Assembly: GCA_035647615.1 (NCBI GenBank)
Contig: DASRND010000003.1
Span: 195,135 to 259,134, forward strand
DNA from: Bacteroidales bacterium
GTDB taxonomy: Bacteria > Bacteroidota > Bacteroidia > Bacteroidales > 4484-276
Length of the DNA stretch: 64,000 nucleotides
Direction of reading: 5' to 3'
The translations under genes and the position numbers were made by a program. Shown here one piece after another: positions 56,021 through 64,000 of this stretch; positions within the stretch are counted from its first letter, which is position 1, and each line of letters starts with the position of its first letter. The notes under the pieces are model-generated. The model ran no database searches, was not told where the DNA came from, and worked only from the letters and a program-made list of their open reading frames with translations.

Positions 56021-56060
56021 TGCGGTGATTGAGCCTGTCGAAATCAGCGTAGTCGAAGGG
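56021..56060. repeat. ~40-nt hairpin-like motif TGCGGTG..TGAGCCTGTYGAAA.., copy 2
   Basis: It is similar to 22981-23020 and is flanked by the direct repeat AACGATTAACA (56004-56014 and 56064-56074). Confidence 0.4.
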
Positions 56061-56082
56061 AACAACGATTAACAAACAATTA

Positions 56083-57030
56083 ATGCAGCCAACATTTCCC
56101 TGGGGACACACCCGTCGTTTTAACGCTTACGCGCAATATTTCGAAAGGATTTTTGGCGGTCGTGTGCAAAAAGTTACCATCGACGCGGGCTTTACCTGCC
56201 CCAACCGCGATGGCACCAAAGGTCTGGGCGGCTGTACCTATTGCAACAACGATGCTTTCAGCCCCTCCTATTGTTCTCCCGAAAAAAGCATTACACAACA
56301 GATCGAAGAAGGAATCGTCTTTCACGCCAATCGCTACCGCCGTGCTTCTAAGTTCCTGGCTTATTTTCAGGCTTACTCCAATACTTACGACACGCTCGCC
56401 AATTTGCGCCGCCGCTACGATGAGGCGCTTCAAAACGAAAATGTAGTCGGGCTGGTGATTGGTACCCGCCCCGACTGCATCGATGAAGAGAAGCTGGAAT
56501 ATTTTGCACAGTTGGCCCGGACGCATTGGGTCATCATCGAATATGGCATCGAGTCGTGCTACGATGCTACACTCAAGCGCATCAACCGTGGGCATACTTT
56601 TGCGGAAGCCGAAAAGGCAATTCGCCTCACGGCTGATTATGGATTGAAAACAGGCGCGCATCTTATCTTCGGTTTACCCGGCGAAACCAGCCAAATGATA
56701 CTCGACGAGGCAGCAATTGTTTCATCATTGCCATTAACAACCATAAAATTCCATCAACTACAAATTGTAAAAAACACCGTGATGGAGCGGCAATATCGGC
56801 AGCAGCCGGAAGATTTTAGATTTTTTAACCTTGACGAATACATCGATTTGGTCATCGATTTTTTGGAGATTCTCAGTCCCGCTATTGTTGTCGAAAGGTT
56901 TGCTGGTGAAGTGCCTCCGCGTTTCATTGCCGGGCCTCACTGGGGGTCGCTGCGCTACGATCAGATTCTGAACGCCATCGAGCAGCGGCTTCTGCAACGT
57001 AATACATGGCAGGGTAGGTTGTTTTTGTAA
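56083..57030 (+). CDS. TIGR01212-family radical SAM protein (YhcC-like)
   Basis: [20 protein letters not shown] is the cluster motif characteristic of TIGR01212, and [10 protein letters not shown] is also present. The protein is 315 aa. Confidence 0.85.
   Translation: MQPTFPWGHTRRFNAYAQYFERIFGGRVQKVTIDAGFTCPNRDGTKGLGGCTYCNNDAFSPSYCSPEKSITQQIEEGIVFHANRYRRASKFLAYFQAYSNTYDTLANLRRRYDEALQNENVVGLVIGTRPDCIDEEKLEYFAQLARTHWVIIEYGIESCYDATLKRINRGHTFAEAEKAIRLTADYGLKTGAHLIFGLPGETSQMILDEAAIVSSLPLTTIKFHQLQIVKNTVMERQYRQQPEDFRFFNLDEYIDLVIDFLEILSPAIVVERFAGEVPPRFIAGPHWGSLRYDQILNAIEQRLLQRNTWQGRLFL
56761..57014 (+). repeat. 254-bp direct repeat, copy A (3' end of the radical SAM gene)
   Basis: It differs from 57717-57970 at only 2 positions (T/C at 56848 vs 57804; G/A at 56876 vs 57832) in my base-by-base comparison. 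Confidence 0.9.
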
Positions 57031-57111
57031 AAAGGCAGTACGCGATAAAGCGCAATGCTAAGAAAACTCAGGAAAAAGCCAGGCAGTTTTTATTACGGCC
57101 TGTGCAGATGG

Positions 57112-57137
57112 AAAAAAAAACCGGTGAAACCACGGGC
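57112..57137 (-). terminator. terminator of the 147-aa membrane protein gene
   Basis: The minus strand has the bulged stem CCGTGGTTTCACCGG followed by TTTTTTTTT. Confidence 0.5.
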
Positions 57138-57180
57138 TTTGATTCATTGATATCTTTTTAATTGGGTAATTCTTGAAGAA

Positions 57181-57624
57181 CTAACTGCTGTAGAATTCTT
57201 TGCCAGGGGATTTGATAAGATCCCACAAAGCTCCCAGAATGAACAAACAATACCCGACTAACATTCCGGCACAGAACATCAACCCGAGTCCTATTCGTGT
57301 GTGGGGTGTATTCCAACCATTTATACCAAAGGTTAAACATAATCCGAAGATCAAAACAAAATTAAATAATAATGCAAAGATTTTTCTCCTATTAACCGTT
57401 TTTGCATTTTCATTCCTCAAGGATTCATTGTCTGGAGATTTGTTAAAAAACCGCGGAGGATCCATAATGTACACCCCAACCCAGGCCAAATATCCAGAGC
57501 ATGCCATCAACACGAGTCCTATTAGTGTGTGGGGTGTAAACCAACCATAAGTACCAAAGGTTAGACATAACACGACGCAGAGAACAAAAACAAATCTTCT
57601 TGCATTTCTATTTTTCAAATTCAT
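57181..57624 (-). CDS. 147-aa four-TM membrane protein with internal tandem duplication, function unknown
   Basis: ATG start. The two halves align: LCLTFGTYGWFTPHTLIGLVLMACSGYLAWVG against LCLTFGINGWNTPHTRIGLGLMFCAGMLVGY. Confidence 0.55.
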   Translation of the reverse strand: MNLKNRNARRFVFVLCVVLCLTFGTYGWFTPHTLIGLVLMACSGYLAWVGVYIMDPPRFFNKSPDNESLRNENAKTVNRRKIFALLFNFVLIFGLCLTFGINGWNTPHTRIGLGLMFCAGMLVGYCLFILGALWDLIKSPGKEFYSS

Positions 57625-57716
57625 AGTTTTGGGAGTTTCAATGGTTTAAAAACTGTTTTTAATTTCAATAAGATATCAATGTCAAAGGAAGTTCAAAAAT
57701 AGGAAAATTTTCAAAC

Positions 57717-57983
57717 CAAATTGTAAAAAACACCGTGATGGAGCGGCAATATCGGCAGCAGCCGGAAGATTTTAGATTTTTTAACCTTGACGAATACATC
57801 GATCTGGTCATCGATTTTTTGGAGATTCTCAATCCCGCTATTGTTGTCGAAAGGTTTGCTGGTGAAGTGCCTCCGCGTTTCATTGCCGGGCCTCACTGGG
57901 GGTCGCTGCGCTACGATCAGATTCTGAACGCCATCGAGCAGCGGCTTCTGCAACGTAATACATGGCAGGGACGTGCGTTATAA
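57717..57983 (+). pseudogene. duplicated 3' fragment of the radical SAM gene (254-bp direct repeat copy B plus divergent last codons)
   Basis: It encodes the same last ~80 aa (..[26 protein letters not shown]) but ends RAL instead of RLFL. It has no N-terminal radical SAM domain. Confidence 0.8.
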
Positions 57984-58032
57984 AACATTGTTGACGAAAG
58001 CGAATTTTTATTGGTTGTAATATCCAAATGTT

Positions 58033-58040
58033 TACTTTTG
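58033..58040 (+). promoter_or_regulatory. -7 promoter box TACTTTTG upstream of 58100
   Basis: It matches TAnnTTTG and lies 60 nt upstream of the ATG. Confidence 0.4.
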
Positions 58041-58099
58041 CAGTTAATTCATTTTAAACCTTGTATTAATTATTTTATAAATCTAAATCAAAAAACATT

Positions 58100-61000
58100 A
58101 TGCTTAAAAAGTTACAAATGATCGTAGTGCTGATGGCCCTTTCTGTGGTAACATTTGCACAAATTAATGAAGACTTTGAGAGTTACAATGCTGGTGAACA
58201 ACTCGTTACACAAGCAATAGCTCAGGGTCTTGATTACTGGACAACCTGGAGTGGAACCCCGGGTAGCGCGGAAGACCCTATGGTATCCTCTGCCCTTGGA
58301 ACAAAATCAGTGGTTCTTGAAGGAACTAACGATGCTGTTCTTTTGCTTGGCGACAAAACCTCTGGCGTTTTCAACCTGGAATTTGATTTTTACGTCCCGG
58401 CAGGAAAATTTGGATACTTCAATGTTTTGCAGGTATTTGCCGGTGCAGGCAGCGAATGGGGTATGCAAGCCTTTTTTGATGCTGGTGGTGTTGGTTCTGT
58501 GGATGCTGGTGGCGAAGGTGCCGGATCATTCACCTATAGCTACGACACCTGGACTCCTGTAAAAATGCTCATCGACCTGGACACCGATTTCGCTGAAATG
58601 TGGGTGAATGGCGCAAGCGTTATTACCTGGACATGGAGTGGTGGAACATTTGGTACCGGAACTATAAATCAGCTTGCTGCTTTTGGCATTTTCGCCTGGG
58701 ACGAGAACGGAACTCCCGGTACTCACTTCGACAACATCTCATTCGAGCCTGTTTCTTCTGTTGAAATCTTTGACAATTTCGAAGCTTACAATGCTGGCGG
58801 AAAACTCGTGCAGCAAGCTTTGGCTCAGGGCATCACCTACTGGACCTGCTGGAGCGGCGACGGTGGCGCTGGTGGCGCTGAAGATCCCACTGTAACGACT
58901 GATCAAGCTAACAGCGGCAGCAATTCATTCATGATCGATGGTACCAACGACGTGGTTATTAAATTGGGCGACAAAACTGCAGGTAAATATTCCTACGATT
59001 TTTACATGTATGTTCCCACCGGATTTGTTGGTTATTACAACATGCTGCAAAACTGGAATCCGGGTGGCAGTTCTGCTACATGGGGTTTGGAAGTTTATTT
59101 CGATCCGGGTGGAAGTGGCAAAGTAAATGCCGCCAACACTACTCCTTTAACAACATTTAACTATCCCTACGATAGCTGGATTCATGTAGAGAATATCATC
59201 AACCTGAATACTGATAACGCTGTTGTCAAAATTAATGGTACCGAGGTAGCTTCATGGGAATGGAGCATCGGCGCTTCGGGCGGTGGTGTCAACAAATTAG
59301 CTGCCGCTGACTTTTATGCTGCTGCTACCAACGGAACACCAAAATTCTATGTGGACGATGTGATGCTTACTGAGCTGGAACCTGCTGTAGGCCCTTCCGA
59401 AATTACTGTTACACCCGCATCTTTCAGCTTCGATCTGGAAGCTGGTGCTTCTACTACCAAAACCCTAACAATCGGCAACGATGGTATTGCCAAGCTCGTT
59501 TGGGCTGGTTATCCCGAATATGCAATGGGAAAAGCAGCCAATTTCACACCTGTTGATTATTCAAATATCAGCATTTCTGAAGTTGCAGTTGTAGAAACCA
59601 ATGGCTCGGCCAGCCCTGAAGCTACCGACGACCAGGTGATATTGCATTATGACGGCGACAATGCCAACGCTGTAGGTCTTACCAGTGGCGGTTCCTTTGA
59701 AGTAGGTGCGAGATTCCCGGTAACGACGACCAACAACTATATTGGAATGGCAATTTATGAAGTTCAGGTTTGGGTAAATGACTTTGTAACTGCCAGTGCT
59801 ATCAAGATTTATGGCCATGGTACTGAAGGACAGGCTGGCGAGCTTCTGCATGAACAAGCCTTCGCAGCAACTATAGGTTGGAACAACGTAGGTCTTAATA
59901 CTCCTATCGACATTACTGGTGGCGACATCTGGGTTGCACTTGCCCTCTCGCATGATGAAGGTGTATTCGTAGCTGGTTGCGATGGAGGTCCTGCCGTTAC
60001 CAATGGCGACTGGTTTAAGTCGGGCGCTGCCTGGGTGCCAATGCACGTGGCGAATCCCGCACTTGATGCTAACTGGAACATCCGCGCTGTAGCCGAAGGA
60101 ACTCCTACGTCGGGCTTTATGACCCTCAATCCGGCTTCCGGCCAGATAATGTCAGGCGAAACAACCAACGTTACTGTTACTTTTGATTCCGATGGTTTGA
60201 CCATGGGAACTTACAATGCCAATATCGTTCTCAATAGCAACGACCCTGTAACCCCGCAGAAAATGGTTCCTGTAACCCTCAATGTTACAAGTGCTGTCAA
60301 CTTCCCGGTAATCAATGTAAATCCAATATCCTTGGAATTTGGACTTGGTTATAACTCCCAGGAAACCCAGTCCTTGAATGTTTCAAACGTTGGTAATGTT
60401 AATCTTAACGTTAACATGAGCATTACCTATGGTGAAGATGCACTTGCACCTGTAACAACTCCGGTTGAAGAATACATAAATGTAATTAACCCCGAGCAGC
60501 TTAGCCTTGCCAACACCGCTAATCCAACTCCATCGCCCAACGTTACCGATGATTTTGTAATACGTTACGACAATGGTGTTAACGATGATGCTATCGGACT
60601 AACCTCGGGTGGTACCTTCGAGGTTTCAGCTTATTGGCCTGCTGCTACTATGGGTCAATATGCAGGTATGGATCTTACATCTGTCGAAATTTACATCAAC
60701 GATCCACCTACTTCCAGTGTCCTGAAAATTTACGGTCAGGGGACTGCTACTGTTCCTGGTACATTGCTTCACCAACAAACTCTTTCTGTTAATCCGGTTG
60801 CATGGAATATTATCCAACTTTCAACTCCGGTTACCATTACCGGCAATGATATCTGGATTGGCTACGAAGTAACCCACGCTACTGGCATATATTCTCCTGG
60901 TTGTGATGCAGGCCCTGCAGTTGCAGGCTATGGCGATATGATTTCGCTGGACGGTGTAAGCTTCGAGCCTATGTCGGCCTTAGGTCTTAACTACAACTGG

Positions 61001-61477
61001 AATATTGCCGCTACCATTAGTGGTGAAGCTCAGGTGGAGTGGTTGAGCATCAACCCAATGTCGGGTATGGTAACCCCTGGCAACATGCTTCCTTTTGATG
61101 TTACAGCCGACACAGAACCCTTCGATGGACCTACAGATGAAACTTATCATGCTTCTATCTGGATTGCCTCCAACGACCCGGCCACTCCAATGCTGGAAGT
61201 GCCCGTAACGCTTGAATTCCCTGTAGGAATGAGAGACCTTTACAGCGATGCTTATATGATGATGTTCCCCAACCCTGCCAACAACATGGTTAACCTTTCG
61301 ACCAACTATGCCATGAGCAATGTTAAGGTTGTTAATCAACTGGGTCAGGTAGTATTGGAGCAAACACCAAACAGCAAAACAGTAATTGTAAATACAGCCC
61401 AACTCCAGGCAGGTATTTATTTTGTGAAGGTTACCTCCGAAGCCGGACAATCCACTCACAAGCTGGTTATCGAATAA
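58100..61477 (+). CDS. 1125-aa modular secreted protein with T9SS C-terminal sorting domain, function unknown
   Basis: It has a signal peptide and two pairs of internally duplicated modules. The CTD reads MFPNPANNMVNLST..GIYFVKVTSEAG. Confidence 0.75.
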   Translation: MLKKLQMIVVLMALSVVTFAQINEDFESYNAGEQLVTQAIAQGLDYWTTWSGTPGSAEDPMVSSALGTKSVVLEGTNDAVLLLGDKTSGVFNLEFDFYVPAGKFGYFNVLQVFAGAGSEWGMQAFFDAGGVGSVDAGGEGAGSFTYSYDTWTPVKMLIDLDTDFAEMWVNGASVITWTWSGGTFGTGTINQLAAFGIFAWDENGTPGTHFDNISFEPVSSVEIFDNFEAYNAGGKLVQQALAQGITYWTCWSGDGGAGGAEDPTVTTDQANSGSNSFMIDGTNDVVIKLGDKTAGKYSYDFYMYVPTGFVGYYNMLQNWNPGGSSATWGLEVYFDPGGSGKVNAANTTPLTTFNYPYDSWIHVENIINLNTDNAVVKINGTEVASWEWSIGASGGGVNKLAAADFYAAATNGTPKFYVDDVMLTELEPAVGPSEITVTPASFSFDLEAGASTTKTLTIGNDGIAKLVWAGYPEYAMGKAANFTPVDYSNISISEVAVVETNGSASPEATDDQVILHYDGDNANAVGLTSGGSFEVGARFPVTTTNNYIGMAIYEVQVWVNDFVTASAIKIYGHGTEGQAGELLHEQAFAATIGWNNVGLNTPIDITGGDIWVALALSHDEGVFVAGCDGGPAVTNGDWFKSGAAWVPMHVANPALDANWNIRAVAEGTPTSGFMTLNPASGQIMSGETTNVTVTFDSDGLTMGTYNANIVLNSNDPVTPQKMVPVTLNVTSAVNFPVINVNPISLEFGLGYNSQETQSLNVSNVGNVNLNVNMSITYGEDALAPVTTPVEEYINVINPEQLSLANTANPTPSPNVTDDFVIRYDNGVNDDAIGLTSGGTFEVSAYWPAATMGQYAGMDLTSVEIYINDPPTSSVLKIYGQGTATVPGTLLHQQTLSVNPVAWNIIQLSTPVTITGNDIWIGYEVTHATGIYSPGCDAGPAVAGYGDMISLDGVSFEPMSALGLNYNWNIAATISGEAQVEWLSINPMSGMVTPGNMLPFDVTADTEPFDGPTDETYHASIWIASNDPATPMLEVPVTLEFPVGMRDLYSDAYMMMFPNPANNMVNLSTNYAMSNVKVVNQLGQVVLEQTPNSKTVIVNTAQLQAGIYFVKVTSEAGQSTHKLVIE

Positions 61478-61507
61478 TTGGTTTTCATAATTTTAATTTT
61501 TGGAAAA

Positions 61508-61538
61508 GTCCCGGTATCTTTGCCGGGGCTTTTTTTTT
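61508..61538 (+). terminator. rho-independent terminator
   Basis: GTCCCGG..CCGGGGC is a 7-bp stem with one G-U pair, followed by TTTTTTTTT. Confidence 0.7.
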
Positions 61539-61542
61539 GTTT

Positions 61543-61878
61543 ATGAAAGAGATCAACTTTTTTGAGCAGGTGCACCAGGTGGCGATGTTGGTTCCTTATG
61601 GCCGGGTTACCAGCTATGGAGCTATCGCCCGTTATCTGGGCATCGGCGGCTCGGCGCGAATGGTGGGATGGGCCATGCGGGCATCGCACACGCAAGTTGG
61701 CAATGTGCCGGCACATCGTGTGGTAAATCGCAACGGCTTGCTAACCGGCAAGCATGCCTTCGGTGGTCCTTTGGTGATGCAGCAGTTGCTCGAAGCCGAA
61801 GGCATAATTGTAGTTGATGATAAAATTGTTGATTTTGAAAAGCATTTCTGGGATCCCGGGAAGGAGATGGACAGGTAG
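61543..61878 (+). CDS. MGMT-family DNA-binding protein lacking the acceptor cysteine (alkyltransferase-like, ATL-type)
   Basis: VPYGRVTSYGAIARYLG and VPAHRVVNRNG are present. The canonical PCHRV reads PAHRV here. I prefer the ATG at 61543 over the TTG at 61537. Confidence 0.8.
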   Translation: MKEINFFEQVHQVAMLVPYGRVTSYGAIARYLGIGGSARMVGWAMRASHTQVGNVPAHRVVNRNGLLTGKHAFGGPLVMQQLLEAEGIIVVDDKIVDFEKHFWDPGKEMDR

Positions 61879-62047
61879 AAATCTATTTTTAAAAAAAGGA
61901 TTATTAATACCAATCACATAAAATATCGACTTTAATACCAAGCACTAAATCCAGATTTTCCAATCCAGACTTTCTATTATTTTGTTGAAAATTACTAAAC
62001 AGGTCTGGTGTTTTTATAGATAGCGAAAGTGAAATAAAAAATAAGTT

Positions 62048-63010
62048 TTGAAAGGAAATAGCGACATAGCCGATTGGATAAAAGCTGAAGCATCAGCGCT
62101 TGGTTTTGATGCGTGCGGTATTGCGCGAGCCGGATTTCTGGAAAAGGAGGCGCCGGTGCTCGAACGTTGGCTCCGCCAAAACATGCACGGTACCATGCAA
62201 TACATGGAGAACTATTTCGACAAGCGCCTCGATCCGCGCAAGTTGCTCGAAGGGGCGCAGTCGGTGATTGTGCTGGTGAGCAACTATTTTCCGGAAACGC
62301 CGCTGCCCGAAAAGGATAATTTTATTTTGTCGAAATATGCCTATGGAACCGATTATCATTTTGTAATCCGTGACCGGATGCGACAGCTCATCGAAAGACT
62401 CCGCGAAAAGACCGGCGATATTGCTGCACGTGGCTTTGTTGATTCGGCGCCGTTACTTGAACGCGCCTGGGCATCACGAGCCGGATTGGGGTGGATTGGC
62501 AAAAACGCCAATTTTATCATTCCCCGAAAGGGCTCCTTTTATTTCCTTTCGGAAATCATCACTGACTTGTGGCTGCCCGCCGACACGCCAAAAGCTACCG
62601 ACCTGTGCGGCGCCTGTCGCAACTGCATCGACGCCTGCCCGACACAGGCCATCGTGGCTCCCGGCGTAGTGGATGTGCGCCGTTGCATCTCTTATCTTAC
62701 CATCGAACTGCGCGACGAAATTCCCGAAGAATTTGCCGGACAATTTCACGATCGGATTTTTGGCTGTGACATTTGTCAGGATGTATGTCCCTGGAATCGG
62801 TTTCAGAAGTCACACAGCGAGCCGCTTTTTGCTCCAAACCCAGATTTATTTGAGATGACAAAACTCAAATGGCAAGAACTGACGCAGGATGAGTACCGTG
62901 TTTTATTTAAAAAATCACCCGTTAAGCGAGCAAAATATCACGGCCTGATGCGCAACATCCGGTTTGCGGCAAAAGATGATCATTTAGGCGACGAATCCTC
63001 AGATCGGTAG
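62048..63010 (+). CDS. queG: tRNA epoxyqueuosine(34) reductase
   Basis: CGACRNCIDACPTQAI and FGCDICQDVCPWN are the two 4Fe-4S ferredoxin motifs, and the N-terminal region is QueG-like. It uses a TTG start. Confidence 0.85.
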   Translation: MKGNSDIADWIKAEASALGFDACGIARAGFLEKEAPVLERWLRQNMHGTMQYMENYFDKRLDPRKLLEGAQSVIVLVSNYFPETPLPEKDNFILSKYAYGTDYHFVIRDRMRQLIERLREKTGDIAARGFVDSAPLLERAWASRAGLGWIGKNANFIIPRKGSFYFLSEIITDLWLPADTPKATDLCGACRNCIDACPTQAIVAPGVVDVRRCISYLTIELRDEIPEEFAGQFHDRIFGCDICQDVCPWNRFQKSHSEPLFAPNPDLFEMTKLKWQELTQDEYRVLFKKSPVKRAKYHGLMRNIRFAAKDDHLGDESSDR

Positions 63011-63286
63011 CGGGCGGGATTTTTTTTGAATTCGCTCACGGAGATTCCGGTTACAAAATATCGATAGGAATGAATACAATCCCGGGATGATGAATTGTGG
63101 TTGAACATCAAATTTCGAATCTTAAATTTCGAATAAAAGTCCCAACGAGGCGACGTCCTCCCAATTGCTGGCTGTTGGCTGCTGCCTTCCTGCCGTCGCC
63201 GGCCAGCTCTTGCCCTCTGAAAGCGCAATAAACACAACAAAAAGTAGTTATGGAATAATATTTTTAGCCCATCAACACATATCGAA

Positions 63287-64000
63287 ATGAAGATAACGAA
63301 ATCCGCTTTTGTCATTATTTGTGCGCTGTTTTTCACCAGTAACGCGAATGCTCAGATCGCTATCGGCGAGTGGCGCGATCATTTGCCCTACAAGCGTACC
63401 ATTGCTGTGGCCGAAGCCGGTCAGCGCATTTACTGTGCAACCCAGTACAGCCTTTTTTATTTTGATAAAGATGACAATAGCATCGGCCGCTATTCCAAAG
63501 TAAATGGGCTTTCTGATATTGGCATCAGCGCCATGGCCTGGAACGAGCAATACCAAACCCTGATGATAGCTTACACCAACGCCAACATCGATTTGCTGAA
63601 AGGGGGGCGGATTGTGAATATCAGCGATATCAAGCGCAAGCAGATTTTGGGCAATAAAACCATCAACAATATTACCTTCATCGACAACCTGGCTTATCTC
63701 TCCTGTGGCTTTGGTATCGTGGTGCTGGATATTGAAAAGGAGGAATTCCCCGAGCCCACCTATTACATTGGCGACGAAGGCGCTGTCGTAAATGTGCTGG
63801 ACATCACCCTGGGCAACGACACATTATACGCTGCTACGGCAGAAGGCATTTACAAAGCTTCCTACAGCAGTCCCAACCTGGCGCATTATATTGTCTGGTC
63901 GGTCGATCAGCGACTCTATCCTGATGCAACTTTTAATACAATAGAATTTTTTGCCAACAAGCTGGTAGTGAATTATTACGACGATGGTTATAAAAAAGAT
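63287..64000 (+). CDS. secreted beta-propeller-like protein, 5' part (3' end outside window); possibly PorZ-like T9SS component
   Basis: It is not in the ORF track because there is no stop in the window. My translation is MKITKSAFVIICALFFTSNANAQIAIGEWRDHLPYKRTIAVAEAG..VNGLSDIGISAMAWN..IAYTNANIDLL. The PorZ resemblance is from memory only. Confidence 0.6.
   Translation, partial: MKITKSAFVIICALFFTSNANAQIAIGEWRDHLPYKRTIAVAEAGQRIYCATQYSLFYFDKDDNSIGRYSKVNGLSDIGISAMAWNEQYQTLMIAYTNANIDLLKGGRIVNISDIKRKQILGNKTINNITFIDNLAYLSCGFGIVVLDIEKEEFPEPTYYIGDEGAVVNVLDITLGNDTLYAATAEGIYKASYSSPNLAHYIVWSVDQRLYPDATFNTIEFFANKLVVNYYDDGYKKD

Noticed and set aside
55784-56111. Small ORFs on both strands across the polypurine tract (55784-56065 -, 55802-55993 +, 55917-56111 -).
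   Set aside because: Their translations are homopolymer-like (EGREEGRRREE / SSSPFFSS), produced by the purine/pyrimidine tract. They also overlap the POT gene end and a terminator.
57735-57983. An 82-aa ORF listed as an independent protein.
   Set aside because: It is the duplicated C-terminal fragment of the TIGR01212 radical SAM gene and lacks the radical SAM core, so I treat it as a pseudogene or repeat copy.
1-64000. A search for a diversity-generating retroelement, retron, CRISPR-Cas, a prophage or an integrative element with a recombinase.
   Set aside because: I found no reverse transcriptase, cas, integrase, transposase, terminase or capsid-like translations in any listed ORF or in the gaps I read. 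The accessory patches here therefore lack a visible mobilisation gene.

Overview
The window reads as a Bacteroidota chromosome segment. Seven large secreted proteins end in type IX secretion (T9SS) C-terminal sorting domains. TAnnTTTG -7 promoter boxes sit upstream of many genes, and there is an ECF-sigma/DUF4252 module.

GC-rich housekeeping genes make up the backbone: leuS 3' end, pdxJ, rluB, mrdA-rodA, dprA, lgt, speB plus a deoxyhypusine-synthase-like gene, tRNA-Cys, patB/malY-like, queG, and a TIGR01212 radical SAM gene. Several visibly AT-rich accessory patches and repeat families interrupt them. I recognise no integrase, transposase, cas gene, CRISPR array or reverse transcriptase.

Observations most worth follow-up:
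1. An AT-rich insertion lies between pdxJ and a truncated selD. It carries a UPF0175/DUF3368(PIN) toxin-antitoxin pair and a 736-aa orphan protein with an Mrr/AIPR-like N-terminus and a possible PIN-like C-terminal half. This is my best candidate for an undescribed single-gene defence or abortive-infection module. It rests on motif-level inference only.
2. A 254-bp, near-identical direct duplication of the 3' end of the radical SAM gene brackets a self-contained cassette. The cassette encodes an internally duplicated 147-aa membrane protein.
3. An 82-bp palindromic element family (3 full copies plus 1 half copy) brackets a 2.3-kb AT-rich cassette with a trypsin-like protease, a beta-barrel OMP and a cupin.
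4. A decayed HepT remnant is read through out of frame as the C-terminal tail of lgt. It sits next to an intact MntA/HepT pair.
5. A 2+2 inverted array of small hairpins shows compensatory stem changes and lies next to an orphan antitoxin-like gene.

All functional calls come from reading motifs in the translations. No database search was run.
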